Positions 27,249 through 41,688 are shown, numbered from the stretch's first letter. The stretch: DNA of 64,000 nucleotides from Eledone cirrhosa (GCA_964016885.1 OZ024741.1:136400001-136464000), one strand, 5' to 3'. The notes: a model not told the origin generated them from the letters alone. Program-made: numbers and translations.

Positions 27249-28842
27249 TTCAAATTTCGACGATAGACTTTATCATATCAGATCAACTGAACGTCGACTT
27301 GTTTAATCGATGCTTAAAATTAGCTGTGTATTCCATAGACGTGTGTGTACGGATTCTTAATATAATCGTCAAACATTATTCAAGTCGTAATTTTGTATCA
27401 CTGATCCTTTGAATTACAAATAGTATCAGTCTATGCGATATACTTTCACACAGCTACTTTAATCCGAATTTAACCCACAGCTTTGCCTTGTCTTGAGACT
27501 ATGGTGAAACATAATTTCCTAAGATGTCGTGCAGTGAGAAATATTTTAGTGTGGAGCGTATTTTTTGCCCAAGAACCGTACGAAAATATACCTCAAGCTT
27601 GATTATTTTCATGTTGTGTTGTATAGGTTGTGGTGGGTTTTCTGATAAACGCGTTCTGGCGCACGGTATCCCTCCATTAAATTTAATATTTTTAAGGTTT
27701 GTTTTGTGACGGTGGTTCTTTTTCGGGAGTCGATAGTTCAAGGAGGCAAGAAAATTGTGGAGCATGGCCGTTTACGCAATGGGGTTGTAGACGATGCAGA
27801 TAATAGTTTTATTATACAGAAAATACGTATTATGACAGCTGTAGCTTTATAATGTCTATCTTGTCAATACGGGTGGCTAGTTTACAGAATATATGGATAC
27901 GAGTCGGGATTTGGTTTAAAGGGAATTATGATTGCATGTCAATGGTTGGTTTACTATATTTTCTGAGTAATTTCTCTGTGGGTTAGGGCAGTCAACGGAC
28001 TTGTTTACTTACATACATGATTACTTTCATGAATACATAATTAAACGTATGCATAAATATCAAAATATATGCTTACCTAAATATATAAATACATGTATTC
28101 TATCTATCCAATACATTATACAGATGTATCTGTTATATAGCGTCGAAGATATGTCTACTAATAGACATGTTATTATATACATATTTAGGAAATGTCTGTG
28201 CATAAATATTATCTAAATCACTTCACATATTACAATGTTTAAACACAAGCAAAATATATAACTAGCTGTCTCTCATTTAGACACAGACTGAAGCTTGTCA
28301 ATCTCGTTCGGGTCACATGGAGGGTGGTGTATGTTGTAAGACCCGAAACACCTACAAACTCCAGGATAGATTATAGATGTATTAAAAGGTTTTCATTTGT
28401 AATTGGGTCACATGGATGAGGGTGTATATGGTACGACAAAGAAAGTTACTTCAAAATACGACACTGATGATGTTTCCAACTATTCACACTTGTAGTTAGA
28501 TCATCAGAATGAGGGTGTGTGTTGTAAAACCCTTTGGTATACTCAGTGATGCCAGCATAGAATATTAAAGTTGTTTACAAGAATTGTCTCCATGGATGTG
28601 TAAAGAACTAATGAATTTCTAAGTGTATTCTAGACCATAATTTATTAGCTTTATCGGTAACACAGATTATATTTCTTTCCCATTTCATTTAAGATTGGCA
28701 GGTTCTATCTTTTTGGTATCTTTGATTTCCATGTTTGTGTAGATTTTGTTATTATTTGTGTATATCTAAGGGGTACCACCTTTCTTTCGTAACAGCGGCT
28801 GTTGCATATAGTATGTTATCTAGCCTTTTGCTACTACGTTGG

Positions 28843-28970
28843 CCGAAGTTAACTTTGCCTTTCTTCCTTACGGGTTCGATAAAATAAAGCACCAGTAAGG
28901 CATTGGCGTCGATTTAATCGATTATCCACTCCCCACAAATTGCTGGCCTTGTGGCTTATCTGAAATTATT
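28843..28970 (+). mobile_element. SINE family A, 5'-truncated
   Basis: CCGAAGTTAACTTTGCCTTTC...GATAAAATAAAGCACCAG...TGCTGGCCTTGTG. Confidence 0.8.
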
Positions 28971-29183
28971 ATTATAAGTAGTAGTAGTAATAGTAGTAGT
29001 AGTACCACCACCACCACCACCACCATCACTACTACTATATCACATTAACCAACAAACTGCTAATAAGTTATGATAATATGGCGATTGTTAGGCTATATGT
29101 TTTATCGTTTGCCTCGTAATATGTATAGGAATCGAACCAGAATCAGCTAAGTTAAACTAACGAAGCTAAACACCACACAAATA

Positions 29184-29284
<101 letters not shown>

Positions 29285-29711
29285 CTATATAAAAATTTAA
29301 AAAATCAAAATCATATTAGCAAAAGCACATTTTGACTACTCTACCATACAACTACCCAAGAATTAAACCCACTCAACCATAAAAAGAACATGGAAAGCAG
29401 ATCCAACCATCCGTAGCAAAAAGAGGCTTAAGTTGACAAACAGGACATCTGTTACAGAAATTATTTCCAAAAGGACAAAAACAAAGCATGGCAAAATAAC
29501 GGTTATAAAAGCCTTTCTGGGTATTTTGACAAACAGGATATACGCTCTAAAGAATTCCATAAAATAGGTAAATTGAATCAACAGGAAATTTTCCACGAGA
29601 ATAAATAAATCCTTTGAAAAAATAAATTCTTATAATTAAACATAAGAACAAACATATATATATATGAGAGAGAGAGGGATTTCGGATGTTTTAAATCTCT
29701 ATATCTCTATA

Positions 29712-29780
<69 letters not shown>

Positions 29781-30810
29781 AGAATGGCGATAACTTGAAG
29801 TGAAGCAAATTATTAAAAACCAATCCTCTACAGATGAAGCCCAAATATATAACAAAGTGCAGGTAAACCGTATTAGAAGACATAAATAATAGAACAAGCC
29901 CACGCTAATGCATGGAGAAAAACAGCCAGAAAACCAAGTTATAGCAATTCCCACCTGATCATTGCTGTAGCGTGAAACTCGAGTCGAAGAAAGTATTTCA
30001 GTCTAGATATACCCAATGCGCTACATGTATTGCATGTGTGTGTATATATATATATATATTCATTAGTTAAGCAAAACAAGACCACAAATTTCACTGTGTA
30101 TATATAAATATATTAGTTCTTTTTAACAATGATAACAAAGGCAAGTTGTTTTACATATCTCATTCATTGTTTCACAATCAGTAAAAACAAATGTTGCAGG
30201 TATCAAGTAAAAGAATGAGATGTTGCAGGACGTTGAGGAATCATTGAGGCCGGAAGCTCGAGTTGTGTGTGTATCTACCCCCCCCCCCCCCCCCCACGCT
30301 CTCCTTCTCTCATATATATATATGTATATATATATATATAAGATCAAGATGATACATCAATAAAGTACTCAATTAGTTTATATTTTAACCCCAGAGCATA
30401 TATCTATTCAATTAGATTCAGATCTTACATCTTATCTGACTGTTTACCTGCGTTGCCACCGAGCATCACATGAGGTCTAACTATTTGAATACCCAGGATT
30501 TCGCCGAATTTAGAGGTGTGCGCGTCATGTTTGAAAATAACTAATAAGCATTTAAAAATGAAACTCTGCTGGGAGGAATTTATTATAGGAAGATATAACT
30601 TAAATAAACAATATGGCGAATGTTTTATATAACTCACTATTGTTTCTTCCAGCGGCTTTTGCTTTTGTCTTGTTTATTTGTTGCTTTCACTCGTGACCTA
30701 CACACAGGCACAATTGTTTTCCCCCTGGTGGTACTGTTGTTGCAAAGGGAAACAATCGGTCTCTGTAAGGTCTGACTTTGTTAAACACACATTCATTGCC
30801 TATTAAAGCT

Positions 30811-30910
30811 ATATGTTGAGTAGTCGTTTAAACAATTTTCTTTATTAAGATATATATATATATATATATATCTTAGTAAAGAAAAATGTTTAAACGAGTA
30901 CTCAACATAT
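30811..30910. repeat. palindrome centred on (TA)n (tail-to-tail pLTR ends)
   Basis: ATATGTTGAGTAGTCGTTTAAACAATTTTCTTTATTAAGA-(TA)n-TCTTAGTAAAGAAAAATGTTTAAACGAGTACTCAACATAT. Confidence 0.85.
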
Positions 30911-31324
30911 ATATATATATACACACACACATATATATATGTATTTGGGCGTGTGTATGTGAGCTATGTTGTTTTGTGTCTGAGCGCCGCCTTTAATATT
31001 AGATTTAATATGAACTTCCCAAAATTGCAATGGACTTTATGCAATCTTTGCCTGCACTTTTGTATATCGACAAATATTAGTATTACAAGATTATCTACTA
31101 TTCAATTTACATATACATGTAAATTGAATGCTGTGCGACTTGTTTTGGTGCCACACTATTTGACCGATATATAGTACTAAATTTGAAACAGTTTGCTTGG
31201 CCCTATCTTATACTCATATCATTTCCATTGTCTTAAGGCAATCCCCTTTATTCAGTTGACTGTTCTGGCTGTCATATTCCTCATATACTTTTCTGAGATT
31301 GTCTCAGTGTTGCTTTGAATATGT

Positions 31325-31590
31325 CTAGAGCCTGGAGGTTCAGCAGGATGGTTCTTATCCTGATTTCCATGGTATGAGGCGACTGAGAGTACAAGACTCC
31401 CCCCCCCCCACCCCATTGGACAGGACACCAGTCCATCGCAGGCTTAAGCCACCAGCTATCGCTGGTACTCGTTTTCAGCTGAGTATACTGAAGCAACGTG
31501 AAATGAAGTGTTTCGCTCAAATACAAATCTCACAACCCAGTCCAGAAATCGAAACCACGATATTATGATCATAAGTCCAACACCCTTACT
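31325..31590 (-). mobile_element. SINE family B-like
   Basis: Reverse of GGGTGTTGGACTTATGATC...GTGGTTTCGATTTCTGGACTGGG...ACTTCATTTCACGTTGCTTCAG; matches 33232-33485. Confidence 0.7.
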
Positions 31591-32093
31591 ACTTGCCTTG
31601 GATGATAAACAATAAAAAAAAAAGTTAATACACTTTTAATTAAATCATTTCTCTGTTTTCTTAAGAAATTATTTGAACTTTATATTTTCAGAACTACTTC
31701 TATTTAAATTATAGTGGTGAAAACTGTTTGCTAAGCGTACAATCGTACAAAATGTCCTTTAAAATGTTCAGCACAGCAGCCAGTATTCCCACGTAAAATA
31801 CTTGTCATAATAAGAAAAGAATTTCTTTTGATGCATTCTTTGTCTCTTGTGTTTCTCTTGAATTTCACTTGTCTTCTTATATTATGGCAAATCCAACTGT
31901 ATAACCGATAACTGACACGAAATGTTATTAACACGATACAAGTAAAGATTTCTGCTAAATCTAATTACTCTTCCTTTACCTTTTATTCTGAGCATTCTAT
32001 TTGTTTCCCAAATTTTATTATAATTCTCAGTTTAAGTCTATGGATCTTTAGGCCGTCACAGAGAACTCACAATGTACTACATGAATCGACACA

Positions 32094-32198
<105 letters not shown>

Positions 32199-32232
32199 TT
32201 CAAACATACACACACACATTCTTTCTCTCTCT

Positions 32233-32278
<46 letters not shown>

Positions 32279-32799
32279 CTATCTCTCTCTCTCTCTCTCT
32301 CTCAACATACACAGGGAAAACTGGTTTACTAGTCGAGCATTGAAACGTTTGAGTGGGAAATTGTTCGATTGAACAAAAGCATACATATACGCCCGATTAT
32401 ATACACAAAACAAATATACGCATATGTATATACACAAACGCGTATATACACAAAAACCCACTACAAGCAATCACTTACACACAGGCACATGAACACTTGC
32501 ATCTTTGCTTTGTGTGTATATGAATATGTATATACGATTGCCTGTATATGTATGTGATTGTTTAAACTTCGTTTCTATGATATTGATTTCTCCGTCATTT
32601 GATAGCAAAAGGAAACAACTTTCAGAGGGAGGAAGAGTAGAGTCGAACACCTCAACATCATAATTACTGGTATTTTGACTGTTCTACTTGCATTTGAATT
32701 ATATATTAACTTGATACAAAAAGGAACACAGCTTGACCCCCTACCTTCATGTTTTATTGTTTCTCAGATTCTAAAACCTTTCATTTCAAACACTTGCCT

Positions 32800-33050
32800 A
32801 TTGGTTAGAGCGTTGGCACTTATGATCCTGATGTAATGAGTTCAGTTCGATTCCTGACATGAGTTGTTCGTTGTATCTTTAACCTTTATTCTCCGTTACT
32901 CCACTCAACTGGGCTGAAAATGAACACAAACAGCAACAGCATCAGTAGTACGTTGGAGTTGACACAGCGATATACTAGCGTCCTTTCCATGAGGATTCTT
33001 TACTTTCAGTTGCTTGGGGCCATTGAAACCAAGATGTGTCCCTCTAGGAC
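32800..33050 (+). mobile_element. SINE family B-like
   Basis: TGGTTAGAGCGTTGGCACTTATGATC...GTTCGATTCCTG. Confidence 0.6.
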
Positions 33051-33231
33051 AGTTTTTAATCTTTCATATAAAATATCCATGAAATATATTCGGCGCATGA
33101 CTGCCAAAGTACTCAGGAATGTGTAGTGCAATAGTCAGATTATCCGGAGGTACCTTTCTATTCTTCAGATAGGATTAGTTATTCACTTTTATAGTAGAAT
33201 CATTTCTGTTCCTCAATAAGTATGAAAGCGT

Positions 33232-33485
33232 ATGACCTTATGGTTGGAGTGTTGACTCACGATTGAAAGGTCATGGGTTTGATTTCTGGACTGGGTTGTG
33301 TGCTGTATTCTTCATTTCAGGTTACTCCCGTATACTCAGTCGAAAATATGTACTAGCAATAGCTGGGGGTTTATCTTGCGATGGTTCGGCATCCTGTCCA
33401 GGCGAAAATCTTGTAATCTCAGTCGCTTCACGACTCTGAAAGCTGGACAAGTGCCGGCCTGATGAGCCTCCGAATTGGAGACAGA
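33232..33485 (+). mobile_element. SINE family B-like
   Basis: TGGTTGGAGTGTTGACTCACGATTGAAAGGTCATGGGTTTGATTTCTGGACTGGG. Confidence 0.7.
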
Positions 33486-34782
33486 CATGATACTTATATA
33501 TTCGAGTCAGCTGGAAGAAGTGAATTTTACCTATAATTCAAAGCAATAGACTTGGTAGACATTGTGTGGGAATGAATCTCCCCGAGAAACGCGTTTAGAT
33601 TACATGTCTTGATCGAACGAATGGAACACTTGTCGTTAGAACCGGCGGATATTCAGCTGCCATTTATAACAACAGAACGTTTATGAAAAGAAACCTGTAC
33701 AGACTGACATCTTTTCCCCTAATGTATATAGTATTTCATCAATTAGGTAACAGTAACATTTGGAAAACTTCACTTGTTGAATTCTATTAATCATTAATCA
33801 CTTCAGTTCAACTTAACACAAGCTGAAACTAAATTATATCATTGCCGCTTTTGTTACCATACTTCTCGTGAAAATTACTTCCTATGTGTTTCTTTTTTCA
33901 TTTTTAGTATAATCAAGAATTTAGATTGGGAGCCTAATTAGGCAAAGGTTTTTATAAAATATTATGATTCGGTCTTTTTAGATACACACGAACACTTTAA
34001 AAGAAACAGCTTTGTACCATAGATCCAGGGAACGGTTCAAATTATTTGCTATCAACAATATTTGAAACCTGTTTTAAGCTACAGACTGTTTAATATATTT
34101 TGATCACTTCTGTTTATTAGATTCCTTGCTGCACTCTAAATGGAAACAACTGGTGGCTTTTTTTCTATCCTATGCATATTCCTTGAATACCAAACCCAGT
34201 CATGTGTTGTTTTTTTCCAGTGCTTCTTTAGCGTGAGTTCTACTACCGTATTCATTGTCCAAGTTGCGTAATAATCTGACCTGACTACCGTATGGTATGG
34301 ATTTATTAACTGTGCTTACCTTATTTTACCCTTTCGACCTAAGTGCTCCTTACCGGTCTTCATAAAATTGCAATCACTGAGCGTCAACATCTTCAGACTG
34401 ACTTCGTTATATACAGCAGTCAACAAACACCAGCATCATTATCCTGATCTGTTTATATAATATGGAAACATCCCCAATAACTAAATATAATATCCTGGTA
34501 AAGAGCACGCTAAAGTGACACTATTTTTTCTGACCCATATGTAAATGCTTGCATTTTCCTTATATTGTGAATTTGTGTTATGTTGCCATTTCTTAACCTT
34601 TGTGAAATAACCCCAGCCTTTGTATTATAACCTTCCTCCATCTATGTATTATTATAACCCAATCTATGTATTATTGCTTGCAAACTTTACCTAACCTAAC
34701 CCGATGTCTGCTAACCTTGTAAACGTGTTTTAAGATTTGTCCTATTTTATTTATTCCTAACCTGGTGACCTCATACTAACAG

Positions 34783-34839
34783 AAACGAATGGGTAAAGAT
34801 GGCAAAGGTTTAATCAAGAGCCCAGATTCTGGGAGTGAC
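34783..34839 (+). CDS. candidate 57-nt coding exon
   Basis: CTAAC-AG acceptor with upstream CTAAC, consensus donor GTGAGT; phase 0-0: KRMGKDGKGLIKSPDSGSD. Confidence 0.35.
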
Positions 34840-35223
34840 GTGAGTACCCTCAATGGAACTGCACGGGATATTAGTCTATCAGAAATTAGATTCCATTCAC
34901 CACTTTCTGCATGTTTTCTTTCCTATTTGGCATAATTGTTTGCCATGAGGCACCTGCATCATTCAATTTCAATATTTCAATTCATTTTTTTTCCTTTCAA
35001 CGATTCCTGATTGTATTCAAAACGCAAAAGAATGTTAGGCTGAATATTTACCGTTTTCTTTGTAGAATTAGATAACATCAAATGTGATTTCAATAACTGT
35101 ATTTCATAGACAGGATAACAAATAAGATTTACATTTACGAATATTGTAAAAATACAAGTATTAAAACCACATTTAGATGAAGCAACCTTATTGATGATGA
35201 CGATAATAATAATAATAATAATG

Positions 35224-35612
35224 TTTTCTTCATTAACCACGAGGGTTGACATAAAGTATAACATTAATGACAGCACAGGATGGTACAGGACGGTACAAAT
35301 GGGCATTTCTGCGTGTAAAGAAAAAACAAAGAAAATCACAAAAAGCAACAAAGGAAAATTCCACAATAGAGGGGAGACTTCCGAGGGACACTCGTGGAGA
35401 AAGGTCATTAAATAAGCCTCGGTGACCCTGACCACTAGAGCAAGTACCCTCTCCCAGTTTTCTACCTTCAATTTACAGGCGCATACTCATAACAGGCTCA
35501 TTCACTCGGGCCATGCTTACCTCTCTCACCCATCTTTCAACAAAATGCTGGGAGGAGAGCACTTCCCTCTCCACCCTGATTTTTCCTTTTCAAATGAAAT
35601 TTGAAAAAGTTA
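35224..35612 (-). mobile_element. 5'-truncated L1/Tx1-like LINE 3' end within (AAT)n
   Basis: Minus strand: NFFKFHLKRK/RVEREVLSSQHFVERWV...* followed by a 3'UTR ending in (ATT)n; (AAT)n on both sides. Confidence 0.5.
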
Positions 35613-35644
35613 ATAATAATAATAATAGTTTTCTTCTAGCATTA

Positions 35645-35773
35645 GGCCCTTGCCATTCTGAGTTCAAATCCCGCCGAAGTTAACTTTGCCTTTCATCCTT
35701 ACGGGGTCGATAAAATAAAGTACCAGTAATACACTGGGTAATTGCTGGCCTTGTGCCAAATGTAGAAACAATT
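35645..35773 (+). mobile_element. SINE family A, 5'-truncated
   Basis: Near-consensus B-box, core and tail. Confidence 0.9.
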
Positions 35774-38043
35774 ACTATTATACAATGATAAACACACTTC
35801 CAAGAAACTCTAAGTCTATTGAAAGCCTGTGATGACGATGAGGATGATGAGAAAGAGGGGGAGGACGAAGTTGATGGCGATTGGTCGAAACGCTTTTAGC
35901 TTCGTTCCGTGTAAGAACACGTGGAAACTTACCCAAACTAGATGACCAGTTCGTATACACAGATCCTATACAGTCAGTGGGGCTGATCAATGTTTATAAG
36001 GCATAAATTGTGATTCTGCATTTAAACACACAGTATTATTCATAATGCGTAAGCAGCAGCAACTGTATGGTACCACATAGTATCTCGCCGATAATGGCGG
36101 TATATCACAAATGTAATAAGCATGACATCACACAACTAATACGAATGATATAAAACTAATAATTCATACACAAATATGAAACTGTATGAATAGTGGGTGT
36201 ATTATGATATATATCTAGTATTTGATTGTCACAATCATCAGAGTGGTGAGTTATCGTAGTAGAATGAAAGCTATTCTAACGTGCATAAACAGCCGGTATC
36301 CTTTTCTGTATATTACCAGTATAGTATTTATCATCATTGTAACCACATCCGAACATTCCTGACAAAGTCTCTCCATAGTTTACGATTTTCTATTGCTTTT
36401 GGCAACTGCTTCCTACTGAGCTTTCAATCATCTGAGAGTTTATCAATGAAGGTTCGAGTATATCTTCCCCTACAGCGTCTCCCAAAAGTTTGTTGTCACA
36501 ATAGTAGCCTTTATATAACTTCCTGCTTTTAGTATAATGATTTTTAAATACATCTTCATCATTTTAGCTCATATACAATCTGTAGAACTTTCATACTTAG
36601 GCTATGCATGTAATATATTATGATATTAGCCATATCTAATATAATTTAATATAGATTCCATTCACATTAATAATCATAGACAAATAGAGAATGTTTCTTC
36701 ATAGTTTTCAATGTTTGAATGTTATACTCTAGTTGCATGTCGTATTAACATATTTAAAAGATGTTTTCTGAAACAGAGATTTACATTTTAAGAATGTACA
36801 GCTTTTTAACATTTTACAAACATTCACTACAAATTTACACACTTATAGTCTGTAGCGAGTATTTGTTTGTTTCGTAAAATATACAAACAAAACTCTGCAG
36901 TTTTTTGTTAGAAGAAAAGACACACATCGTGTATATAAATGAAGTTCGAATTACCGAGTAGTTGTTATCACCTGTGTTTGGTCGAATTCAACAGGATTCA
37001 GAATTATACCTATATCATTACTAAATTTATAAGAAGCACGTAAAAGCTTCTAACATAAGGACAACAGAACAGACCTGAATCTGGTAGAGTTAGGGTGATA
37101 GAGAAAAGAGGTTAATATGTACAGTATTTAGAGTTGTCTGACAAAAGCAAATAATACTAGAGAGAATCAGGGTGATGTGGAAAAGAGGCTGATATGCACT
37201 GGCTAATTGCTGGCCTAAAGTAGAAACAATTATATATATATATATAGTGCTCCATATGTTCTTTTGTTTGTTCTCTTTACATTATGTTTGCCTGTTGTTA
37301 TTTCATTATTATAATTATTATTAGAAACTTCCTTTGAATTCTGCTTCTTTCCCAAATCATGCCGTATTTCATCCTTACAACTGAGTCGAAATTCCATAAA
37401 GCACAATCTACAATGAATTGTCGTACAAATCATGCCACAAGGGCACAAACAACAGTAAATGTCTTTGCAACGTTTTAAAATTGATAATGCCCTTCTCAAT
37501 ACACCGAGAGTGCTTGTCATCACTACTTTCTATATTTCTTGCAGAGATGACTTTGCAGGTATCCGGTTCAAATATTTTTCAGCTCCCTTTATTATTATTA
37601 TTCCAGATGACTATTCTTATACAATACCAAAAGTCATAATCTATGATTTATCAATTCATTACCATGCATATTTTCCTTAATCAGCAAGCTTATTATTTTT
37701 ACTTGCTCTAGGATTGATATTTTCCTGAATGCAAATTAATATTTACTAATTATTATGCATGTCCTTTTTGTTGTTGTTATTGTTGTTGTAAATGGTCGTT
37801 TCAGGCCTGATTAATAGAACTATTTGAAAGACATAACATAATTTTAGACATAATATATTGAGGGCTACATTATCAAGTTTTCCTTTTTTTTCTTTTCTTT
37901 CTTTCTTCTTGTTGTTTTCTTCTTTTTTTTTGAGTGGTGGATTGACATTGAGATCAAATTAGAGTTTGTTGTTGTATATCGAGTTTATAATTACAGGCTC
38001 CCCCAGTTGGCTCGCATACATGCATGTATTTTCGTAACATTAA

Positions 38044-38136
38044 TGACTTTGCCTTTCATCCTTACGGGGTCGATAAAATAAAGTACCAGTAATGCACTGG
38101 GTATTTGCTGGCATTGTACCTAAAGTAGAAACAATT
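38044..38136 (+). mobile_element. SINE family A 3' half
   Basis: GACTTTGCCTTTCATCCTTACGGGGTCGATAAAATAAAGTACCAG. Confidence 0.85.
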
Positions 38137-38453
38137 AATGTATGATTCATACACATTATTTTATACCTCACTTTATGTAATCATTACATTATACATGTTT
38201 CAATATATTGCACATGTAGATGCAGGCGTGGTAGTGTGGTTTAGGTGTACACATCACGAATACATGTTCAGATTCAGTCCTATTTTGTGGTATCCAACTC
38301 AAGTGACCTCAATATCCGTGGGTTGACCAAAAACATAATAAGGAAAATGTGGTAAAATGAAACCCACCGTGTGTTTATATATATAATATATATATATATA
38401 TATTATATAATATATATATATATATATATTATATAATATATATATATATATAT

Positions 38454-38491
<38 letters not shown>

Positions 38492-38572
38492 ATATATATA
38501 TATATAATATAGATAATATATATAATATACGATAGTAAACAAATGGAAACTATATTTATAAAACCATATTTA

Positions 38573-38634
38573 TTTCATTATACATATTTCAGGGATACCA
38601 TATTAAAAATATGGCATGCCTTCGTCAGATAAAA
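38573..38634 (-). ncRNA. minimal hammerhead ribozyme in the PLE2 3' pLTR
   Basis: TTTTAT-CTGACGA-AGGCATGCCATATT TTT AATATGGTATCCCT-GAAA-TATGTA-TA-ATGAAA, AATAAA overlapping. Confidence 0.8.
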
Positions 38635-40222
38635 TACAATATATAAACTGTTTTATAAATAATTTTGACGTACCATAAATATAAGCCACCATTAAGGTAG
38701 GAAGCTGGCTTGGTAGCGAGGTGTTTATAATTATTTAGTTATAGTGTTAAGCACAGTTAGAAAGAAAGACGGAGAGAAAGAAGAAATGTATGTAAAGAAA
38801 AACAGAGAGAAATAGAGAGAAATAGGGGAGAGAGAAAGAAGGAGGAGGTGAGAAAAGAGAGGCAACCGAGTCATCAGATGAATAATAATAATTCACCATA
38901 CAAATTAGAGAAGAGACGGAGAGAAGAAAAAAAAATGGAGATGACGAGAAAATAGAGAGAGAGAGAGAGGTGGGAGGAAAAGAAAGAGGGAGAAAAAATA
39001 ATAATAATTATATAGGGGGAGGTGAAAACCAAGAGAGAAATAAGAGAGAAACATGGGAGGCAAAGTCAAAACGACAGATACACAAACTTCATCATATATA
39101 AAGAGAGAGGAGAAGAAAGAGCTATATCTAGAGAGAGGGATGACAGAGTTACATCTTTACGTCATGTCCTATCAATTTGAATTATCAATTCATATGAACT
39201 GGGTAATATAATGTAAATATCAATATTCATGAGTGAGACATAGATATATAATGTGTGAAAATAATTTTGCTCAATAATGACCATATGTTTAGTTTAAAAC
39301 TCTGAGGTCAATGTACCAAAATCTGAGATAAATCTTCAAAAAAAATTACCCTATTTATAAATACATACACACGCATATGCACTTTCTGAAAAAAGAAAAG
39401 GATAAAGAGAAAGTCATGTCAAGCTCTAGTCGATAATACAGACTCACACATGACTTTACGTGATCAGCTCTATAATTTCTTGTGTCATAAAAAAATTTCC
39501 TTGTGTTATAAAAAATGTCACTATATATATATATAAAAATAAACGATTAATATTCAAGCCCTCACACATATGATTATCGTTCATGTATATAATATTATGC
39601 ATATCTGTAACATATACAGAACTATACCTACATATATATATATACATATATATGTATACACAAGATATCTGCGTGAGTGTTCCAGCATCTCTATGCACAC
39701 ATACAGGCACATGAACAGATAAAATATACTCTGTAATCTTTCCATATGCATGTTAATACATATGGCCTTTGTATAGAGATAACCAGATATCAATATATCA
39801 GCACAGAAATATCAAAACATTAAAAATATTTTCAACATACCCTAGGGTATCTCAGACCATAAAAACAGTATGCCTCCTATATTTACCACAGAAATCTATC
39901 CTTCCAATTTTTTCAGACAATATATTGCAAAGTTCTTTAGAGGCAAACAGAATCAGAAAGCAAATAAAAAACCAAAAATTATTTAACAAAAATTATTTAA
40001 AGGATTTAGAAGACCCTGTGGTTCTACAGATGCTCTTATATTTAGTATAGAAATTTATCTTGCGTAAAATTTATTTAATACATTGGGAGCATCTACATTT
40101 TAGAGTAGTTTAATTACATCATTTGTTTATATTTATGAAGAAGGTTTAAAAGAAAAAGTTGAAGGAATCGAAAGATTTATCGTCAGGTTTCATACATTAA
40201 TTAAATTTCTTAATTAATTATA

Positions 40223-41100
40223 CTACATTTTAAATTTATATTTATATTTAAACGTTGAGTTCAATCTATGTCTGCAGCAACTGAATAAATTGCTCCTTAG
40301 ATTAAGGGAATTTTTGGATTTTAATATAAAGAATATCTCCTCCACACAGAGATCACATGTCTCAGATGAGGAATTAAAAGGAATCCCTCTTGAGACAATA
40401 TTCCAAAACATCGAATACCCAACATTATCACGTTTAAGTTGCCAGAGTAAGCTTGATAGCGAAGTTGAAGATTTTTTGTTTGGATCTGTGAAAGAATTCT
40501 TATGATTATTGAAGCGAAGTTTAAATTCTGTCGAGGTGGAACCAACATAGTTGAAAGAATGTAAGTTAGTTTTAACATTACAATTGTATATTATATTTTT
40601 AACTAAGCAATTGTTATTTAACGGACATTTAGATTTATTTCTAGTTACAGTTATTTAATTGAATATTGTTTGGGTTATTATTGGTATTTTGGTTAGGTTT
40701 TAAATTCCTATTATTAATTCTGTTAATATTTTGTGCTAAATTTTTGGTGGACGAGTAAGTTAATTTTATAGTATGTCTATTAAAAATTGAGTGATATTTA
40801 TGTGTTCTAGGGAAGCGTTTGTCAAGAGCATTAAAGAATAGTTTAGCAATGTGGGTTTTAATATTTAGTGAGAAAGGGGGGGGGGGGGCAAACCATATTA
40901 TATTTCTAGTTCTATTTCTTTTCCGGCTTTTGGAATTATTGTAATGTTTTCTATTATATTTGTTAATGTTGTTACCGTAATTAAAATTGTTATTATTTTG
41001 GTTAGTTTGCTTATTATTATCGATGTACTTAATTTTATCACTATATCCTGCTCTAGCTAACGCTTCATTGTAATACTGCGCTTTTCGTCGAAAATATTTT
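40223..41100 (-). pseudogene. PLE RT-thumb, Cys linker and GIY-YIG endonuclease (frameshifted)
   Basis: AQYYNEALARAGY, RNIIWF.PPFS, IFNRHTIKLTYS, CN(C)RNKSKCPLNNNCL, IIY...YVGSTSTEFKLRFNNHKNSF, CDLCVEE, LNLRSNLFSCCRHR. Confidence 0.9.
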
Positions 41101-41116
41101 TAGTTTATATATTGTA

Positions 41117-41178
41117 TTTTATCTGACGAAGGCATGCCATATTTTTAATATGGTCTCCCTGAAATATGAATAATGAAA
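41117..41178 (+). ncRNA. minimal hammerhead in the inverted PLE2 pLTR
   Basis: TTTTAT-CTGACGA-stem-GAAA-TATGAA-TA-ATGAAA. Confidence 0.75.
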
Positions 41179-41312
41179 TAAATATGGTTTTATAAATATA
41201 GTTTCCATTTGTTTACTATCGTATATCTACTCCAAAAACTTGTCGAGTGCTTTATATCGGTTATAAAATACTTGCTTGTGGTAACCCAACAATTTTAAAT
41301 AAAACTTTTGCA

Positions 41313-41313
41313 T

Positions 41314-41355
<42 letters not shown>

Positions 41356-41412
41356 ATATATACATATTATATATTATATAATATATATATATATATATAT
41401 ATAATATATATA

Positions 41413-41443
<31 letters not shown>

Positions 41444-41601
41444 ATATATATATGATATATATATATAATATATATATATATAATATATATATATATAATA
41501 TATATATAATATATATATATATAATATATATATAATATATATATATATATATTATTATATATTACATGTATTATATTATATATACATAGGTATATATATA
41601 T

Positions 41602-41632
<31 letters not shown>

Positions 41633-41656
41633 TATATATACATTATATATATATAT

Positions 41657-41688
<32 letters not shown>

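Larger units (their letters stand above)
38528..41312 (-). mobile_element. Penelope-like retroelement 2, 5'-truncated, with inverted pLTRs
   Basis: Thumb, Cys linker and GIY-YIG remnants on minus; 38528-38650 is inverted relative to 41102-41222; (TA)n on both sides. Confidence 0.9.

Noticed and set aside
29825-29880. CAGATGA...GTAAACCGTA hammerhead-like stretch
   Set aside because: Both core halves are altered and helix II is weak, so chance cannot be excluded.
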